Part shown: piece after piece, positions 47,242-63,267 of the stretch | Position numbering within the stretch: the first letter of the stretch is position 1 | Layout of the letters: each line of letters begins with the position of its first letter | From: Pseudomonadota bacterium | GTDB lineage: Bacteria > Pseudomonadota > Gammaproteobacteria > Steroidobacterales > Woeseiaceae | Direction of reading: 5' to 3' | Assembly (NCBI GenBank): GCA_022563255.1 | Contig: JADFNS010000009.1 | Span: forward strand, 7,295-71,294 | Length of the DNA: 64,000 bases | The notes under the pieces: generated by a model | The model's database searches: none | The model's input: the letters and a program-made list of their open reading frames with translations, nothing else | What the model was told of the DNA's origin: nothing | Program-made: the position numbers and the translations under genes

Positions 47242-50200
47242 TGTCCGCCGGTTTTGTCCACCTGCATGTGCACACCGAGTACTCGCTGGTGGACAGCATG
47301 GTACGCATTCCCAAGCTCATGGAGCGTTGCGTTGCCGAGCGCATGCCTGCGGTCGCACTAACGGATCAAAATAATCTGTTCGGACTGGTCAAGTTCTATC
47401 GCAAGGCGATGGCGGCAGGCGTGAAGCCGATCATCGGTCTCGATCTGCGCATCGTCAATGACGACGCCGCCGATCAACCGTTCACGTTGTTGTTGCTGGT
47501 GCAGAATAACTTAGGCTACCGGAATCTCTCGCAGTTGGTGACGCGCATTTACCTTGAGGGCCAGATCCGCGGCGCACCGATGGCGCGCCACGAATGGCTG
47601 ACGCCGGATAGTTGCGCAGGGCTACTCGCGTTGTCAGGCGGCCGCGAAGGAGACGTGGGTCGCGCCTTGCAGAGTGGTCACGCCGATCACGCCAACGAAC
47701 TGCTGGACTACTGGCAAAATGTTTTTGGCGACCGCTATTACCTGGAATTGATTCGCACGGGGCGACCCGGCGAGGAAGACGTTGTGCGGCGAAGCCTGGC
47801 GCTCGCGAGCGATGCAAGGGTGCCGGTTGTTGCCAGTAACGACGTGCGTTTTCTGGACGGGGACGACTTTGACGCGCACGAAGCCAGGGTTTGTATTCAC
47901 ACCGGTCGCGTGCTGGCCGATGCGGACCGGCCGAAGAACTACACTGACGAACAGTATTTTCGTTCCACGCAGGAGATGCTGGAGCTGTTCGCAGATGTGC
48001 CATCCGCCCTGGACAATACCGTCGAAATTGCGCGCCGCTGCAGCCTGGACCTCAAGCTGGGCGAAAGCGTGCTGCCGGCGTTTCCGGTCCCGGACGGACG
48101 CAGCGAAGCCGAATTTCTGCAGTCGGAGGCGCGATCCGGTCTGGATGCCGCTTTGGCGATCAAGTTCGAGGTGGAGGCGGTGCCGGCGAAACAGCGCGAT
48201 GCGGCCGCAGCGCCGTATCTGGCGCGCTTGAAAATCGAACTCGACGTTATTCAGACCATGGGTTACGCGGGGTACTTTCTGATCGTTGCAGACTTCATTC
48301 GCTGGGCGCGCAAAAATGACATCCCGGTCGGACCGGGTCGCGGTTCCGGCGCGGGTTCTCTGGTCGCCTGGGTGCTGCATATTACCGATCTCGACCCGTT
48401 GCAGCACGGCTTGCTGTTCGAGAGATTCCTGAATCCGGAACGCGTGTCCATGCCTGACTTCGACATCGACTTCTGCATGGAAGGCCGCGACCGTGTCATC
48501 GACTACGTTGCCCGGCAATACGGGCGTGAGCGGGTATCTCAGATCATTACTTTTGGCACGATGGCGGCAAGGGCCGTCATACGGGATACCGGCCGCGTGT
48601 TGGGTCAGCCCTACGGTTTAGTTGACCGAATCGCGAAACTGGTGCCGTTCGAGATCGGTATAACGCTGGCCAAGGCGCTCGAGGATTCCGATGAACTGGC
48701 GGCGATGGTTCGCGATGACGAAGAGGTTGCTGCGATCATCGATCTGGCGCAGTCACTGGAAGGCCTGGTCCGCAACGCCGGCAAGCATGCGGGTGGCGTC
48801 GTCATTTCGCCGGGCGCGCTCACGGATTTTGCGCCGCTGTATTGTGAAGAGGGTGGCAGCAACGTTGTTACGCAGCTCGACAAGAGTGACGTCGAGGCCG
48901 TTGGCCTGGTGAAGTTCGACTTCCTGGGCCTCAAGACGCTGACGATTATCAACTGGGCCGTGAAAATTATTAACGACAGCAACCCGGATCTGTCCTTTAC
49001 GATCAAGACGATTCCCGACAACGACGCGAAGACGTTCGAGTTATTGCGCAGCACCATGACGGTCGCCGTGTTTCAGCTGGAGTCCAGCGGCATGCGTGAC
49101 CTGATCAAGCGCATGCGGCCGTCGCAGTTCGACGACCTGGTTGCGTTGGTGGCGCTGTTCCGGCCGGGTCCGTTGCAGTCCGGCATGGTGGACGATTTTA
49201 TTACGCGCAAACACGCCACGAGCAAGGCGCACATCGATTATCTGCATCCGGATTTAAAGCCTGTACTGGAAGAAACCTACGGCGTCATTCTCTATCAGGA
49301 ACAGGTCATGCAGATTGCGCAAGTGCTCGCAGGCTACACGCTCGGTGGCGCGGACCTGTTACGTCGCGCCATGGGCAAGAAGAATTACGAGGAGATGGCG
49401 AAACAGCGCGGCATTTTTGTGACGGGCGCGACGGAGCGTGGTGTTACGGATAAAACGGCAACCCGCATCTTCGATCTCATGGAGAAATTTGCAGGCTACG
49501 GTTTTAACAAGTCGCACTCTGCCGCCTATGCTGTGCTGTCGTATCAAACGGCTTACCTTAAGGCGCATTTTCCTGCCGCGTTCATGGCGGCGGTTATGAG
49601 CGCCGACCTGGACAACACCGATCGGCTGGTCGTGCTGAAGGCCGACTGTCGCCAGCTGAAACTCGAACTGCTTGCGCCTGATATCAATGTATCGAAGTAC
49701 CGCTTCAGTGTGCCGGACGATGGCACGATTCTTTACGGTCTGGGCGCGATCAAGGGCGTAGGGCAGGCCGCGGTCGAGTCGCTGATCCGCGAGCGCGAAA
49801 AGAACGGAGCGTTCACAAGTCTGGTCGAGTTTTGCCGCCGCAGCGATCACGACAGGACCAATCGACGCGCGCTCGAGGCGATGATCAAGTCCGGTTCCAT
49901 GGACGGCTTTGGCGAGACGCGCCGCAGCATGATGCAGCAGGTGCCGCAGGCGTTGCGCAGCGCGGATCAGGGAGCCAGGGCAGCGGCCGCCGGCCAGAAC
50001 GACATGTTCGGTCTTGAGGACGCCGCGAGCGCTGCGGTGGAGAAAGCCGTGCCGCTGGCCGAGTGGCAGCAGTGCGAACTGCTGAATTGCGAAAAGGAGG
50101 CGCTGGGTCTGTACCTGAGCGGGCATCCGTTTGACGCGGTTCGGCACGATGCTCGATACCTCACGGATGGCAGACTTTGCGAGATCGCTGCAGAGCCCGC

Positions 50201-50753
50201 TCCGCCAACGATCAAGGGCAAGCACAATTACGCGCAATTGCGCAGAGAGGCCACGGTTGCGGGACTGATTGTCGAGATTCGCAAACGCGGCAATCGTGTG
50301 ACTGTGACGCTCGACGACGATACGGCTCGCATGGAGGTCAGCCTGTTTAGCGAGGTCTTTCAGGAGTTTCGGGACTTGCTGGTGATGGAAGAAATCGTCG
50401 TCGTCACCGGCGCCTTGCGTTACGACAACTTCATCGGTAGCTGGACCGTGAACGTAAAGAAGGCGCTGCACATCGACAGGGTGATTGAATCGCGCGCGCA
50501 AAGCATGGTCTTGAGTATTTCACCGAACGGGCAGGGCGAGCAATTATTGGCCAGGCTGCATGACGTGCTTTTGCCCTATCGTGTGGGTAACTGCGACGTG
50601 TCGGTGCGTTATATCGGTGAGGGCGCGGCAGCGAGACTGTCGCTGGGGCCGGAGTGGGCGGTTCGTCCGAGCCGTGAATTGCGTGATAAGTTGACGGAAT
50701 TGCTGGGCAATAATAATGTCCGCCTTCTGTATGGGCCGGGACGCGACAGCTGA
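47241..50753 (+). CDS. dnaE: DNA polymerase III subunit alpha
   Basis: The start [19 protein letters not shown] marks the PHP domain. 1,170 aa. The start shares 1 nt with the rnhB stop. Confidence 0.95.
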   Translation: MSAGFVHLHVHTEYSLVDSMVRIPKLMERCVAERMPAVALTDQNNLFGLVKFYRKAMAAGVKPIIGLDLRIVNDDAADQPFTLLLLVQNNLGYRNLSQLVTRIYLEGQIRGAPMARHEWLTPDSCAGLLALSGGREGDVGRALQSGHADHANELLDYWQNVFGDRYYLELIRTGRPGEEDVVRRSLALASDARVPVVASNDVRFLDGDDFDAHEARVCIHTGRVLADADRPKNYTDEQYFRSTQEMLELFADVPSALDNTVEIARRCSLDLKLGESVLPAFPVPDGRSEAEFLQSEARSGLDAALAIKFEVEAVPAKQRDAAAAPYLARLKIELDVIQTMGYAGYFLIVADFIRWARKNDIPVGPGRGSGAGSLVAWVLHITDLDPLQHGLLFERFLNPERVSMPDFDIDFCMEGRDRVIDYVARQYGRERVSQIITFGTMAARAVIRDTGRVLGQPYGLVDRIAKLVPFEIGITLAKALEDSDELAAMVRDDEEVAAIIDLAQSLEGLVRNAGKHAGGVVISPGALTDFAPLYCEEGGSNVVTQLDKSDVEAVGLVKFDFLGLKTLTIINWAVKIINDSNPDLSFTIKTIPDNDAKTFELLRSTMTVAVFQLESSGMRDLIKRMRPSQFDDLVALVALFRPGPLQSGMVDDFITRKHATSKAHIDYLHPDLKPVLEETYGVILYQEQVMQIAQVLAGYTLGGADLLRRAMGKKNYEEMAKQRGIFVTGATERGVTDKTATRIFDLMEKFAGYGFNKSHSAAYAVLSYQTAYLKAHFPAAFMAAVMSADLDNTDRLVVLKADCRQLKLELLAPDINVSKYRFSVPDDGTILYGLGAIKGVGQAAVESLIREREKNGAFTSLVEFCRRSDHDRTNRRALEAMIKSGSMDGFGETRRSMMQQVPQALRSADQGARAAAAGQNDMFGLEDAASAAVEKAVPLAEWQQCELLNCEKEALGLYLSGHPFDAVRHDARYLTDGRLCEIAAEPAPPTIKGKHNYAQLRREATVAGLIVEIRKRGNRVTVTLDDDTARMEVSLFSEVFQEFRDLLVMEEIVVVTGALRYDNFIGSWTVNVKKALHIDRVIESRAQSMVLSISPNGQGEQLLARLHDVLLPYRVGNCDVSVRYIGEGAAARLSLGPEWAVRPSRELRDKLTELLGNNNVRLLYGPGRDS

Positions 50754-51712
50754 TGGAATTGAAATTTCTGGATTTCGAGCAACCGATCGCTGAATTGGAG
50801 GCGAAGATCGATGAGCTGCGCTATGTGGGTGATGACGCCGAAATCAACATCAACGACGAAATCGCGCGTCTTAAGGAAAAGAGCGCCTCGCTGACCAAAG
50901 GCATTTTTGCCAAGCTGTCGCCGTGGCAGGTTGCTCGCGTTGCACGACATGAGTCGCGGCCGTATACGCTGGATTACCTCAAAGAAATTGCGCCCGATTT
51001 TCAGGAACTGCATGGTGATCGCATGTACGCGGACGATCCGGCGATTGTCGGCGGTATCGGCCGAATCAACGACATCGTGGTCATGTTTATCGGCCATCAA
51101 AAAGGACGCGACACAAAAGAGCGCGTCCGCCGAAACTACGGCATGCCGAACCCCGAAGGCTATCGCAAAGCGCAGCGACTCTTTCGTCTGGCCGAGAAAT
51201 TCTCGATGCCCGTCGTTACCTTTATCGATACGCCGGGCGCTTATCCGGGGATCGGCGCCGAGGAACGCGGTCAGAGTGAAGCGATCGCACAGTGCTTGTA
51301 CATGATGTCCACCCTGCGGACGCCCATCATCAGCGTCGTCATCGGCGAGGGCGGTTCCGGTGGTGCGCTCGCGATCGGGGTTGGCGACAAGTTAATGATG
51401 TTGCAATACAGCATTTACTCCGTTATTTCACCGGAAGGCTGCGCGGCCATTTTGTGGAAGAGCGCCGATATGGCCGAGGACGCTGCACAGGCGATGCGAA
51501 TTACTGCCGCTCATCTGGACGAATTCGGCCTGGTCGATGAAGTACTTCCCGAACCACTCGGTGGTGCCCACCGCAATCCCAAGGCAATGGCCGAAGTCGT
51601 GCGCAACGCCCTGCTGCAAAGTCTGGATGAGCTGACCCGCTTGCCCATTGAGGAACTGCTTGCAAAACGCCAGCAGCGTCTCGCGAGCTTCGGACAGTTC
51701 GAAGAAGTGTGA
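50753..51712 (+). CDS. accA: acetyl-CoA carboxylase carboxyltransferase subunit alpha
   Basis: [19 protein letters not shown]...[11 protein letters not shown]. Confidence 0.95.
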   Translation: MELKFLDFEQPIAELEAKIDELRYVGDDAEININDEIARLKEKSASLTKGIFAKLSPWQVARVARHESRPYTLDYLKEIAPDFQELHGDRMYADDPAIVGGIGRINDIVVMFIGHQKGRDTKERVRRNYGMPNPEGYRKAQRLFRLAEKFSMPVVTFIDTPGAYPGIGAEERGQSEAIAQCLYMMSTLRTPIISVVIGEGGSGGALAIGVGDKLMMLQYSIYSVISPEGCAAILWKSADMAEDAAQAMRITAAHLDEFGLVDEVLPEPLGGAHRNPKAMAEVVRNALLQSLDELTRLPIEELLAKRQQRLASFGQFEEV

Positions 51713-53031
51713 CTTTCAGCCCGGCGCTTCTCCTGGCGCGACTCGCAAAACTCGAAGCCGTGGCGGAAAAACCGGCTCGCTATGTTATAGCGTTCAGCGG
51801 CGGTCTTGATTCGACGGTTCTCGCACATGCCGTCAGCGAATTTTCCAAAATCCCGGTTCTGGCGATGCATGTCGACCACGGACTGCAGGCCGGATCGGCC
51901 GGTTGGGCGCAGCATTGCGCGTCCGCCGCCGCGACGTTTGGCATCGAATTTCAGTTGCTGCAGGTGCAGGTCGATCTGGATTCCGGCAAAGGGCCTGAAG
52001 CATCCGCGAGGGACGCGCGATACACGGCCTTGCAAGCCGAAATGCGTTCCGGAGACTGGCTGCTGAGCGCGCACCACCGTGAAGATCAGGCCGAAACGCT
52101 GTTGTTGAACCTGATCCGGGGCAGCGGTCCGGCGGGGCTTGCCGGTATCGGCGAGATCCGGCGTTTTGGTCCCGGATGGCTGGCGCGCGCGATGCTCGAC
52201 GTCGATCGCGCGGCCATTGAGAAATATGCACGCGATGCGGGCCTCGACTGGGTGGAGGACGCGTCGAATTCCGACCGGCGATTCGATCGAAATTTTTTGC
52301 GGCACGAAATCCTGCCGCGTTTCCAGTCACGCTGGCCGGACATTGCCGCTCGCCTGCAGCGCAGCGCCGGACATGCCGGTGAGGCGTCGCATTTGCTGAC
52401 CGACCTGGCGAAGATCGATCTTGAGCGATTGGGTGGGCGGCCCGAGCGACTGTCGATCGACGGGTTGTCGCAACTGTCAGCGCCACGGCAGCGCAATCTG
52501 ATTCGATACGCGCTGCGCGATCTGGGACTCTCCACGCCGAGTGCGCAGCAGCTGGAAAGGGTCATGCACGATGTCATCGCCGCGCGCGTGGATGCGCAAC
52601 CGCTGGTAAGTTGGCCTGGTGCCTCGGTTCGGCGTTATAGAAAAGGGCTTTATCTGCTGCCCGAAAAGCTTGCAGATGTGATTCAGATGACCCGCTTTGC
52701 AGGCGATGAGGTGGAACTCGGCGCGGGTCTTGGCAGCTTGCGACTGGTCGCCGGTGCGGACGTTGGGATATCCCAGGCGCTGGTGCAGCGCGGATTGACG
52801 ATCAAGTCGAGGTCCGGGGGAGAGGAATTTCAGCCACAGGGTCAATCGCATACGCGTAAATTGAAGAAATTACTTCAAGAAGAGGGCGTGGTTCCCTGGA
52901 TGCGAGAGCGCCTGCCATTGCTGTACTGCGGGGAGCAACTCGTGGCCGTGGGTGACCTTTGGATGGCCGCTGACGCCGTCAGCCGACCGGGCGTAGCCGT
53001 GCAATGGAGCGGTCGCCCCGCATTGCATTAA
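51709..53031 (+). CDS. tilS: tRNA(Ile)-lysidine synthase
   Basis: PP-loop [14 protein letters not shown] start overlapping the accA stop. Confidence 0.85.
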   Translation: MTFSPALLLARLAKLEAVAEKPARYVIAFSGGLDSTVLAHAVSEFSKIPVLAMHVDHGLQAGSAGWAQHCASAAATFGIEFQLLQVQVDLDSGKGPEASARDARYTALQAEMRSGDWLLSAHHREDQAETLLLNLIRGSGPAGLAGIGEIRRFGPGWLARAMLDVDRAAIEKYARDAGLDWVEDASNSDRRFDRNFLRHEILPRFQSRWPDIAARLQRSAGHAGEASHLLTDLAKIDLERLGGRPERLSIDGLSQLSAPRQRNLIRYALRDLGLSTPSAQQLERVMHDVIAARVDAQPLVSWPGASVRRYRKGLYLLPEKLADVIQMTRFAGDEVELGAGLGSLRLVAGADVGISQALVQRGLTIKSRSGGEEFQPQGQSHTRKLKKLLQEEGVVPWMRERLPLLYCGEQLVAVGDLWMAADAVSRPGVAVQWSGRPALH

Positions 53032-53098
53032 GGCACTTGCCCTGATAACGTTTAACACCGTCTTTAGTCCAACGACGGCGCGGAATACCAAGGGTTGG

Positions 53099-56999
<3,901 letters not shown>

Positions 57000-57020
57000 T
57001 TTGGCTATTGGGGTTTTAGA

Positions 57021-57317
57021 TTGTTCTGTGCACGCTGGCTTCTGGTCATACTCGTAATGGGCGGGCTCGGTATTCAGGCCGAACTCCGGTTTTCCGCCGA
57101 CGGTTATCAAAAGACCGTGAAATTGCGCGCAGCGGTGAACGAGCAGCGCGCTTTGAACGACACCCTGCGTGAACGCAATGCGGCGCTGGACGCCGAGGTG
57201 ATCAATCTCAAACGTGGCCGCGATGCGGCCGAAGAGCGCGCCCGTAGCGATCTGGGCATGATCGGCAAGCGGGAAACCTTCTACCAGGTCGTGCCCGTCG
57301 CCGCTGCATCCCGGTAA
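57021..57317 (+). CDS. ftsB: cell division protein FtsB
   Basis: 98 aa with a TM segment, a coiled coil and ...EERARSDLGMIGKRETFYQVV. TTG start. Confidence 0.8.
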   Translation: MFCARWLLVILVMGGLGIQAELRFSADGYQKTVKLRAAVNEQRALNDTLRERNAALDAEVINLKRGRDAAEERARSDLGMIGKRETFYQVVPVAAASR

Positions 57318-57325
57318 AACCACAC

Positions 57326-58321
57326 GTGTCATTGCCCGCCTGGCCCCGCGCGCACGGGTCGACGTTGTTCGCCGCAGTCATTCGATCCTCCCCTGCCGAT
57401 TTTGACGTTACCGAAGCACTCGACTTCGATTTCTCGGGCGACGGCGAGCACGATGTCCTTTACGTCGAGAAAACCGGCGCCAATACCGAGTGGGTCTCGC
57501 GGCAGTTGGCAACGCATGCCGATGTGCCGGCCAAAGATGTCGGATACTGTGGACTTAAAGACCGGCACGCGATCACACGGCAGTGGTTCAGCGTGCCGCG
57601 TTGGAACGCACCCGACTGGAACACGTTGACGATCGAGGGCGTATCGCTGCTGGACGTCAAGCGGCATTCGCGCAAACTACGGCGCGGCGCACACAAGGCG
57701 AATCATTTTCGGATTGTCTTGCGCGGCGAGATGCCGGATGCCGACATTTTGGAGCTGCGATTGCAGCTCATTCGCGACGCCGGCGTGCCCAATTATTTCG
57801 GTTCGCAGCGTTTTGGACGCAACGGCGCGAACGTGGAACTCGCGAATATTTGGAGCGCAGGCAAACGCCTGCCGCGACACAAGCGCAGCATCGCGATATC
57901 GAGCGCTCGATCTTTCATGTTCAATGAACTGCTGGCGACTCGGGTCACCGACAACACCTGGAATACGATTTTGCCCGGGGAGGTCGTTAATCTTGACGGC
58001 TCCGGCAGCGTATTTGACGTCGATGTCGTGGATGACGAGATCACGCGGCGCTGTCAGGAGTTGGACATCCACCCGACTGGATTGCTGTGGGGCGACGGTG
58101 CGGATGTGGATACGGCTCCAGCGGGGCACGAGAATTGGTTACGCGCTCTTGGCAAAGCAAGAGTCAAGCCCGCGCACCGAAGCCTGAGACTAAAAGTCAT
58201 GAACCTTCAGTGGCAACTTGACGACGAGTCGTTGACGCTTACATTTGCATTGGGGCGTGGCGCTTTCGCGACCTCGGTTTTGAGAGAGCTTGCGGCAGTA
58301 AGCGACGCACTTTTCAATTGA
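57326..58321 (+). CDS. truD: tRNA pseudouridine(13) synthase
   Basis: 331 aa with GLKDRHAITRQWFS and NYFGSQRFG motifs. Confidence 0.9.
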   Translation: MSLPAWPRAHGSTLFAAVIRSSPADFDVTEALDFDFSGDGEHDVLYVEKTGANTEWVSRQLATHADVPAKDVGYCGLKDRHAITRQWFSVPRWNAPDWNTLTIEGVSLLDVKRHSRKLRRGAHKANHFRIVLRGEMPDADILELRLQLIRDAGVPNYFGSQRFGRNGANVELANIWSAGKRLPRHKRSIAISSARSFMFNELLATRVTDNTWNTILPGEVVNLDGSGSVFDVDVVDDEITRRCQELDIHPTGLLWGDGADVDTAPAGHENWLRALGKARVKPAHRSLRLKVMNLQWQLDDESLTLTFALGRGAFATSVLRELAAVSDALFN

Positions 58322-58390
58322 GACCGGGCTGACCAATAACGTCTGTTTTTCCGGATAGCGGACGTCGATGGCTGCCTATTGGCTTGGTAC

Positions 58391-59812
58391 CTACTGGTCC
58401 GGAGCACCAGGATCGTTTTCAATTGATGCCAGGTGATCCTCTATAACTTGCCACAAAGGAGCGTCTACCCACGTGTCATCGAGATAGAAGCCTTCGGGAA
58501 CCTCTTCTTTTGGGTCTATGATCAGATTATAGATTGATGGATAGGCCATAGTTCGGATCGCATAGCTATCCTCATCGATTTCCTTGATAAGCATTTTCCA
58601 ATTGCGCCACTTCACTCCAAAAAGTACATTACCAATGTAAATGACGATGGATTCTCGAGCGGATTTCTCTGACTTACCCATCAGGAAATCAGATTGGTCA
58701 ACACCATCGAGTATGCGATCTTGCGGGATATCGCCGCCGGCAAAATTCGCCAATGTGGGAAACAAATCCACCAGATGGACCATGTCGTTTGAGACTTGCT
58801 TTGCGGGGATTTTCCCAGGATAGCGGATTAGAAAAGGAACACGTAAGGAGCCTTCATAGGGTGAAAACATCGATCCTCGCCAGGGCCCGGTGAATCCAAA
58901 CGATCGCGTTACGCCTTCGCGACCATTGTCCGATGTAAAGATAAAGATGGTGTTGTCTTTGAGCCCTAGATCATCGATCGTATCGAGGAGTTCGCCCACG
59001 TAGGCATCGGTTTGTGCAAGAACGTCAGCAAAGCTTCCGTTTCCGGTCGTACCTTTAAAGTCGGGATGGGCGTCGACCGGTTCATGGGTTTGCGTATACG
59101 GGATATAGGCGAAAAAAGGCTGCTTGGTTTTAGCCTTGCGTTTGATGTAATTGATGGCGTGATCGGTGATTTCCCGGTCGATCGTCCTGCGCTTCTCGCG
59201 GCCGTACACTTCCAGTTTCTTAGGCGTTTCACCTCGCTTTGATGACACGACATAGGTGAACTCGAGATCCGGGTGAGCCCCCTCCTGCCAGCTATCGCTA
59301 TCCGGCCAGAAGGCCCGATCCGATGAATGGGGGATTCCATACCACTCATCAAATCCCTGGTCCGTGGGAAAACGGCCCTCGGTGTTACCCAAGTGCCATT
59401 TTCCGAATATGCCCGTCGCGTAACCGGTATCGGACAGCATCTCCGCCAGTGTAATTTCCCATTGGGTGATGCCCCACCATATATCCCTGGGAGGACCGTC
59501 AGGCCGCTGCCGGGCACGAATCCCGTAACGACCAGTCATCAACGAGGTACGCGATGGCGTGCATTCCGCTTCGACATTGAAGTTGGTCAGCTGGAATCCC
59601 TCAGCGGCAATGCTGTCAATATTGGGTGTTGCGGCCCCGCGCAGGACACCGCCGCCGTAAACGCCAACTTCCCCATAACCAAAATTATCCATCACGACAA
59701 GGACAATATTGGGTTTGTTATCACTGCCTGGCGCAGCCACAGCCAGTGGAACGGACGCAACAAGGACTATCAGGAATACAGGGAATCTCACGGTTCGAAT
59801 GTACTCAAGCAT
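58391..59812 (-). CDS. secreted arylsulfatase-family (formylglycine-dependent) sulfatase
   Basis: Signal peptide and the CTPSRTSLMTGR (C-x-P-x-R) motif. GC content is visibly lower than the surrounding DNA. Confidence 0.85.
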   Translation of the reverse strand: MLEYIRTVRFPVFLIVLVASVPLAVAAPGSDNKPNIVLVVMDNFGYGEVGVYGGGVLRGAATPNIDSIAAEGFQLTNFNVEAECTPSRTSLMTGRYGIRARQRPDGPPRDIWWGITQWEITLAEMLSDTGYATGIFGKWHLGNTEGRFPTDQGFDEWYGIPHSSDRAFWPDSDSWQEGAHPDLEFTYVVSSKRGETPKKLEVYGREKRRTIDREITDHAINYIKRKAKTKQPFFAYIPYTQTHEPVDAHPDFKGTTGNGSFADVLAQTDAYVGELLDTIDDLGLKDNTIFIFTSDNGREGVTRSFGFTGPWRGSMFSPYEGSLRVPFLIRYPGKIPAKQVSNDMVHLVDLFPTLANFAGGDIPQDRILDGVDQSDFLMGKSEKSARESIVIYIGNVLFGVKWRNWKMLIKEIDEDSYAIRTMAYPSIYNLIIDPKEEVPEGFYLDDTWVDAPLWQVIEDHLASIENDPGAPDQ

Positions 59813-60261
59813 TGTGGCCTCCTATGGCGCTGCTTTCGGTTACAGCTGGTGTAGCAAAAAAATTGCACGAATTAATATTGACGCAATTCAGTGGATGATC
59901 GTCAACGTCCGCTTCGGATCCAGGCCGTGTAAAAACCAGCGCCGTTACTCATTTATGCAGCGACCCCGTGGATCATAGTTCATTTTTCGGCTGTAATGAC
60001 TCAGGGTCCGCCATTTGAACGATCTTTTTGAGTTCGTTTTCTGATTTGTTTTTTGTTGTCATGGACAGGCTCTCACGCGGCGAGCAAGGTAAAACCAAAA
60101 CTTTCCAGTACCACCGATTGCTCGCTACTACTAATGATTCTCATTCAGATAATCCCCCGCGGGGGCATTAGTTTCAAGGGGCGTATACACGGCTCCAGCA
60201 GGCCATTATCACTGGTTGCAGGAACTGCAAGTCTCTTGACCGGATATCTGAGGCAGTTTGC

Positions 60262-61209
60262 TTACTGCGTAAGGAAATTCATTTCCTCGTCTGCGATGCG
60301 CAGCAATGCGGCAACAATTTCTTTTCGACCGGGCTGGATATGCCGGCCGTCGGTGTAGCGCAAGCGCTTGGGTTCGCGCGCGGCATCGAACAACAGTTCC
60401 GCCTGACCGGCGGGTGTCCGTTCGTCGTCGCGTGCGCCAATGATCAGTACCGGACGCGGCGAGAGCGTGGCAACGTGTTTGCTGGTGTCGAGAACGGGAC
60501 CGTATGCCAACCAATACAGAATTTTCGCCAGAGGATAATGCAGGAATTCGGTGTCTAACCGTCGTGCCACCTGTACCTCAAGCCACAACTGATTATCGGC
60601 TGCGCCGTGGACGAGCATGAGACCGGTCACACGCGGATCACGAGCTGCGACGGTTGCGGCAAACGGTACGCCGAGACTTGCGCCAATCAGGACAATTCTT
60701 TTTTCGTCAACCCAGTCCTGTTCAAGCAGCCAGTCGAGAATGAGGGACACGGCCGGGACAGTGTCCAAAAACGCCCGCCGAGCCAGCGGGATCGCTTTGG
60801 CAATAGAAATCACACCTTTGACTTTTTCCGGTCCAGCATAGGGATAGTCCACTCCGACAATCGAGCGTTGACCGACGTCGCCAAACAGCTCAACCGCATC
60901 GCTGCCGGTGCGGTGTCCACCCAGTATCATCAACACCGGCAGCGGAGCATCCGTTTGCACATCGCGGATGATGCGAAAAGAAACCTGCAGGCCAGAATCG
61001 GATGTCAGCCGTACCGTTTTCGCCAGTTGTCCGTGTTCGGTGATCGACTCCTCGGTCGCTACGGCATCGATCCGACCATGCCGCTCGTTGAACCAATCAT
61101 CCCTCGGCCGGCCGGAATCCCAACGCAGCCAGGTCAGTGACAGTGTCATTGACAGTACGACGATCAGCAAAAAATATTTGAGCACTGAGCGTACGTTTGC
61201 GATGGTCAT
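60262..61209 (-). CDS. membrane-anchored alpha/beta-fold hydrolase
   Basis: N-terminal TM segment, nucleophile elbow LIGASLG, and a dienelactone-hydrolase-like layout. Confidence 0.6.
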   Translation of the reverse strand: MTIANVRSVLKYFLLIVVLSMTLSLTWLRWDSGRPRDDWFNERHGRIDAVATEESITEHGQLAKTVRLTSDSGLQVSFRIIRDVQTDAPLPVLMILGGHRTGSDAVELFGDVGQRSIVGVDYPYAGPEKVKGVISIAKAIPLARRAFLDTVPAVSLILDWLLEQDWVDEKRIVLIGASLGVPFAATVAARDPRVTGLMLVHGAADNQLWLEVQVARRLDTEFLHYPLAKILYWLAYGPVLDTSKHVATLSPRPVLIIGARDDERTPAGQAELLFDAAREPKRLRYTDGRHIQPGRKEIVAALLRIADEEMNFLTQ

Positions 61210-61247
61210 GTCGTTCCAGTGTGCTTAAACACTCCTCCGCGGAGGGA

Positions 61248-61808
61248 CTATTTTTCAAGCAAAACATACACGGCGCCAGTGCCGCCGTCGACCTGCCGTG
61301 TTGAAACGAATGCCAGAACGATGTCCCATTTTCTAAGCCAGTGATTGATGGCGTTCTTTAACACCGGGCCGCGGTCTCCGGAGCCCAGCCCCTTGCCGTG
61401 CACGACACGCACGCACAGCCGATTCTGCTGTGCGCTGTACTGGATAAAATCTCGCAGGCGCGGTTTCGCTTCTGCCAGCGTCATGCCGTGTAGATCGATT
61501 TCCGCCTGCACGCTATAAGCGCCGCGGGCCAGCTTGCGCATCGTACGACGCCCGACGGACTGCCGCTGATAGTGCAGGGCGCCGCCGTAGCCGTGCTCGA
61601 TGGTGTCTATATCGTCCTCAAGACTTTCGACCAGCACGGCGGCCTCGTCTGCGCGCGCAAATGCAGCGCGGGCTTTCGGCTTCGGCTTGTCTTCCGGGGC
61701 GCGCTTTGCGGCTTTGAGCCGTCTTGCGCCGGACACTGCCCGGTGAAACTCTTCGCTGTCTTCTTCGGTCACGGCGTGCCCTTTGAGGCTATGGCAGGCG
61801 GCAAACAT
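61248..61808 (-). CDS. Smr-domain protein (SmrB-like endonuclease)
   Basis: C-terminal [10 protein letters not shown]...VHGKGLGS...LKNAINHWL. The start is uncertain (a GTG at 61772 is possible). Confidence 0.75.
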   Translation of the reverse strand: MFAACHSLKGHAVTEEDSEEFHRAVSGARRLKAAKRAPEDKPKPKARAAFARADEAAVLVESLEDDIDTIEHGYGGALHYQRQSVGRRTMRKLARGAYSVQAEIDLHGMTLAEAKPRLRDFIQYSAQQNRLCVRVVHGKGLGSGDRGPVLKNAINHWLRKWDIVLAFVSTRQVDGGTGAVYVLLEK

Positions 61809-61860
61809 TCAGTATAGTGAGCGCGTCTGCCAATCACGAGTTCACCCGCCAAGAATAACA

Positions 61861-62613
61861 ATGAAAATTCTCGTAAGTAACGATGACGGGTACCTGGCCA
61901 CGGGAATCGTCGTGCTCACAGAAGCGCTGGCACAGGTGGCGGATGTGGTTGTCATGGCACCCGATCGCAACCGTTCGGCGGCCAGCAACTCGTTGACGTT
62001 GCAGGTGCCATTGCGAGTGTCGGAATTTGGCGAGAATCGCTACAAAGTGGACGGTACGCCGTCGGACTGCGTGCACCTCGCGTTGACGGGTTTTCTGGAC
62101 TATGAGCCGGACCTCGTGGTGTCCGGAATAAATCACGGCGCCAATCTTGGCGATGACGTGATCTATTCGGGGACGGTCGCCGCAGCCATGGAAGGGCGTT
62201 TCCTCGGATTGCCGACGATCGCGGTATCTCTTGTGGGACAGAATCTCAAGCATTTTGAAACGGCCGCGCAGGTCGCATGCGAGCTGGTGCAGAAGATCGA
62301 GAGCGCACCGTTGGCGTCGGACGTGGTGCTGAATCTGAATGTGCCGAATATTCCCTTTGATCAGCTCAGCGGCGTGCGCGCGACGCGTCTTGGATTTCGC
62401 CACAAGTCCGAGCAGATACTGAAAGACACAGATCCCTATGGACGGCCGATATACTGGGTCGGCCCGGCGGGAGAGGGGCAGGATGCAGGCGAAGGCACTG
62501 ATTTCCACGCGATCGAACAGGGATTTGCGTCCGTTACGCCACTCAAAGTGGATCTGACGCGCCATGAGGCGGTGCAGGTTCTTTCCGCCTGGCTGGAGGA
62601 GTCGCCTGGATGA
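61861..62613 (+). CDS. surE: 5'/3'-nucleotidase SurE
   Basis: [11 protein letters not shown]...[24 protein letters not shown]. Confidence 0.95.
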   Translation: MKILVSNDDGYLATGIVVLTEALAQVADVVVMAPDRNRSAASNSLTLQVPLRVSEFGENRYKVDGTPSDCVHLALTGFLDYEPDLVVSGINHGANLGDDVIYSGTVAAAMEGRFLGLPTIAVSLVGQNLKHFETAAQVACELVQKIESAPLASDVVLNLNVPNIPFDQLSGVRATRLGFRHKSEQILKDTDPYGRPIYWVGPAGEGQDAGEGTDFHAIEQGFASVTPLKVDLTRHEAVQVLSAWLEESPG

Positions 62614-63266
62614 TCGATGCACGACTGGGCATCGGCATGACGTCAGCGCGCACGCGCAACCGGCTGGTGCAGCGCCTCATTGAGCAAGGCATTCGCTCGG
62701 AGGTGGTGCTGAATCAAATACGTACCGTGCCGCGCCATCTGTTCGTCGATGAAGCGCTGGCCAGCCGGGCATATGAAGATACGGCCTTGCCGATCGGCCT
62801 CGGCCAGACGATCAGTCAGCCGTTTATCGTTGCGCGAATGACGGAAGCGCTGCTCGATGGCTTTACCGGTGAGTCGATACTCGAAATTGGCACCGGCTGC
62901 GGCTATCAAACCGCGATGCTCGCGCCATTGGTGAAGAAAATTTACACGGTTGAACGCGTTCCTGAATTACTGAAAAAGACGCGCGTGAGATTACGGAGCC
63001 TCGATATCTATAACGTGCAATTCCGCCCAGGCGATGGCTGGGAAGGTTGGCCAAAGTACGCTCCTTACGATGGCATTATCGTTACCGCGGCTCCAGCTTC
63101 GATTCCGCAAAAGCTGCTTGATCAGCTGGCGCCGGGTGGTCGGCTTATCATTCCAGTCGGCCCCAAAGGGCGCCAGGATCTGACGATGGTGACGAAACTC
63201 GCGGATCACTTCGAGCAGGTGTCTTTGGGCGCCGTGAGTTTCGTGCCGCTCGTGCAAGGTAAGTAG
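62610..63266 (+). CDS. pcm: protein-L-isoaspartate O-methyltransferase
   Basis: [11 protein letters not shown]...[17 protein letters not shown] overlap with surE. Confidence 0.9.
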   Translation: MIDARLGIGMTSARTRNRLVQRLIEQGIRSEVVLNQIRTVPRHLFVDEALASRAYEDTALPIGLGQTISQPFIVARMTEALLDGFTGESILEIGTGCGYQTAMLAPLVKKIYTVERVPELLKKTRVRLRSLDIYNVQFRPGDGWEGWPKYAPYDGIIVTAAPASIPQKLLDQLAPGGRLIIPVGPKGRQDLTMVTKLADHFEQVSLGAVSFVPLVQGK

Positions 63267-63267
63267 A

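Noticed and set aside
59973-60062. 29-codon minus-strand ORF (MTTKNKSENELKKIVQMADPESLQPKNEL) in the AT-rich spacer upstream of the sulfatase gene.
   Set aside because: Such an ORF is plausible by chance in AT-rich DNA. It has a weak RBS and no supporting features.
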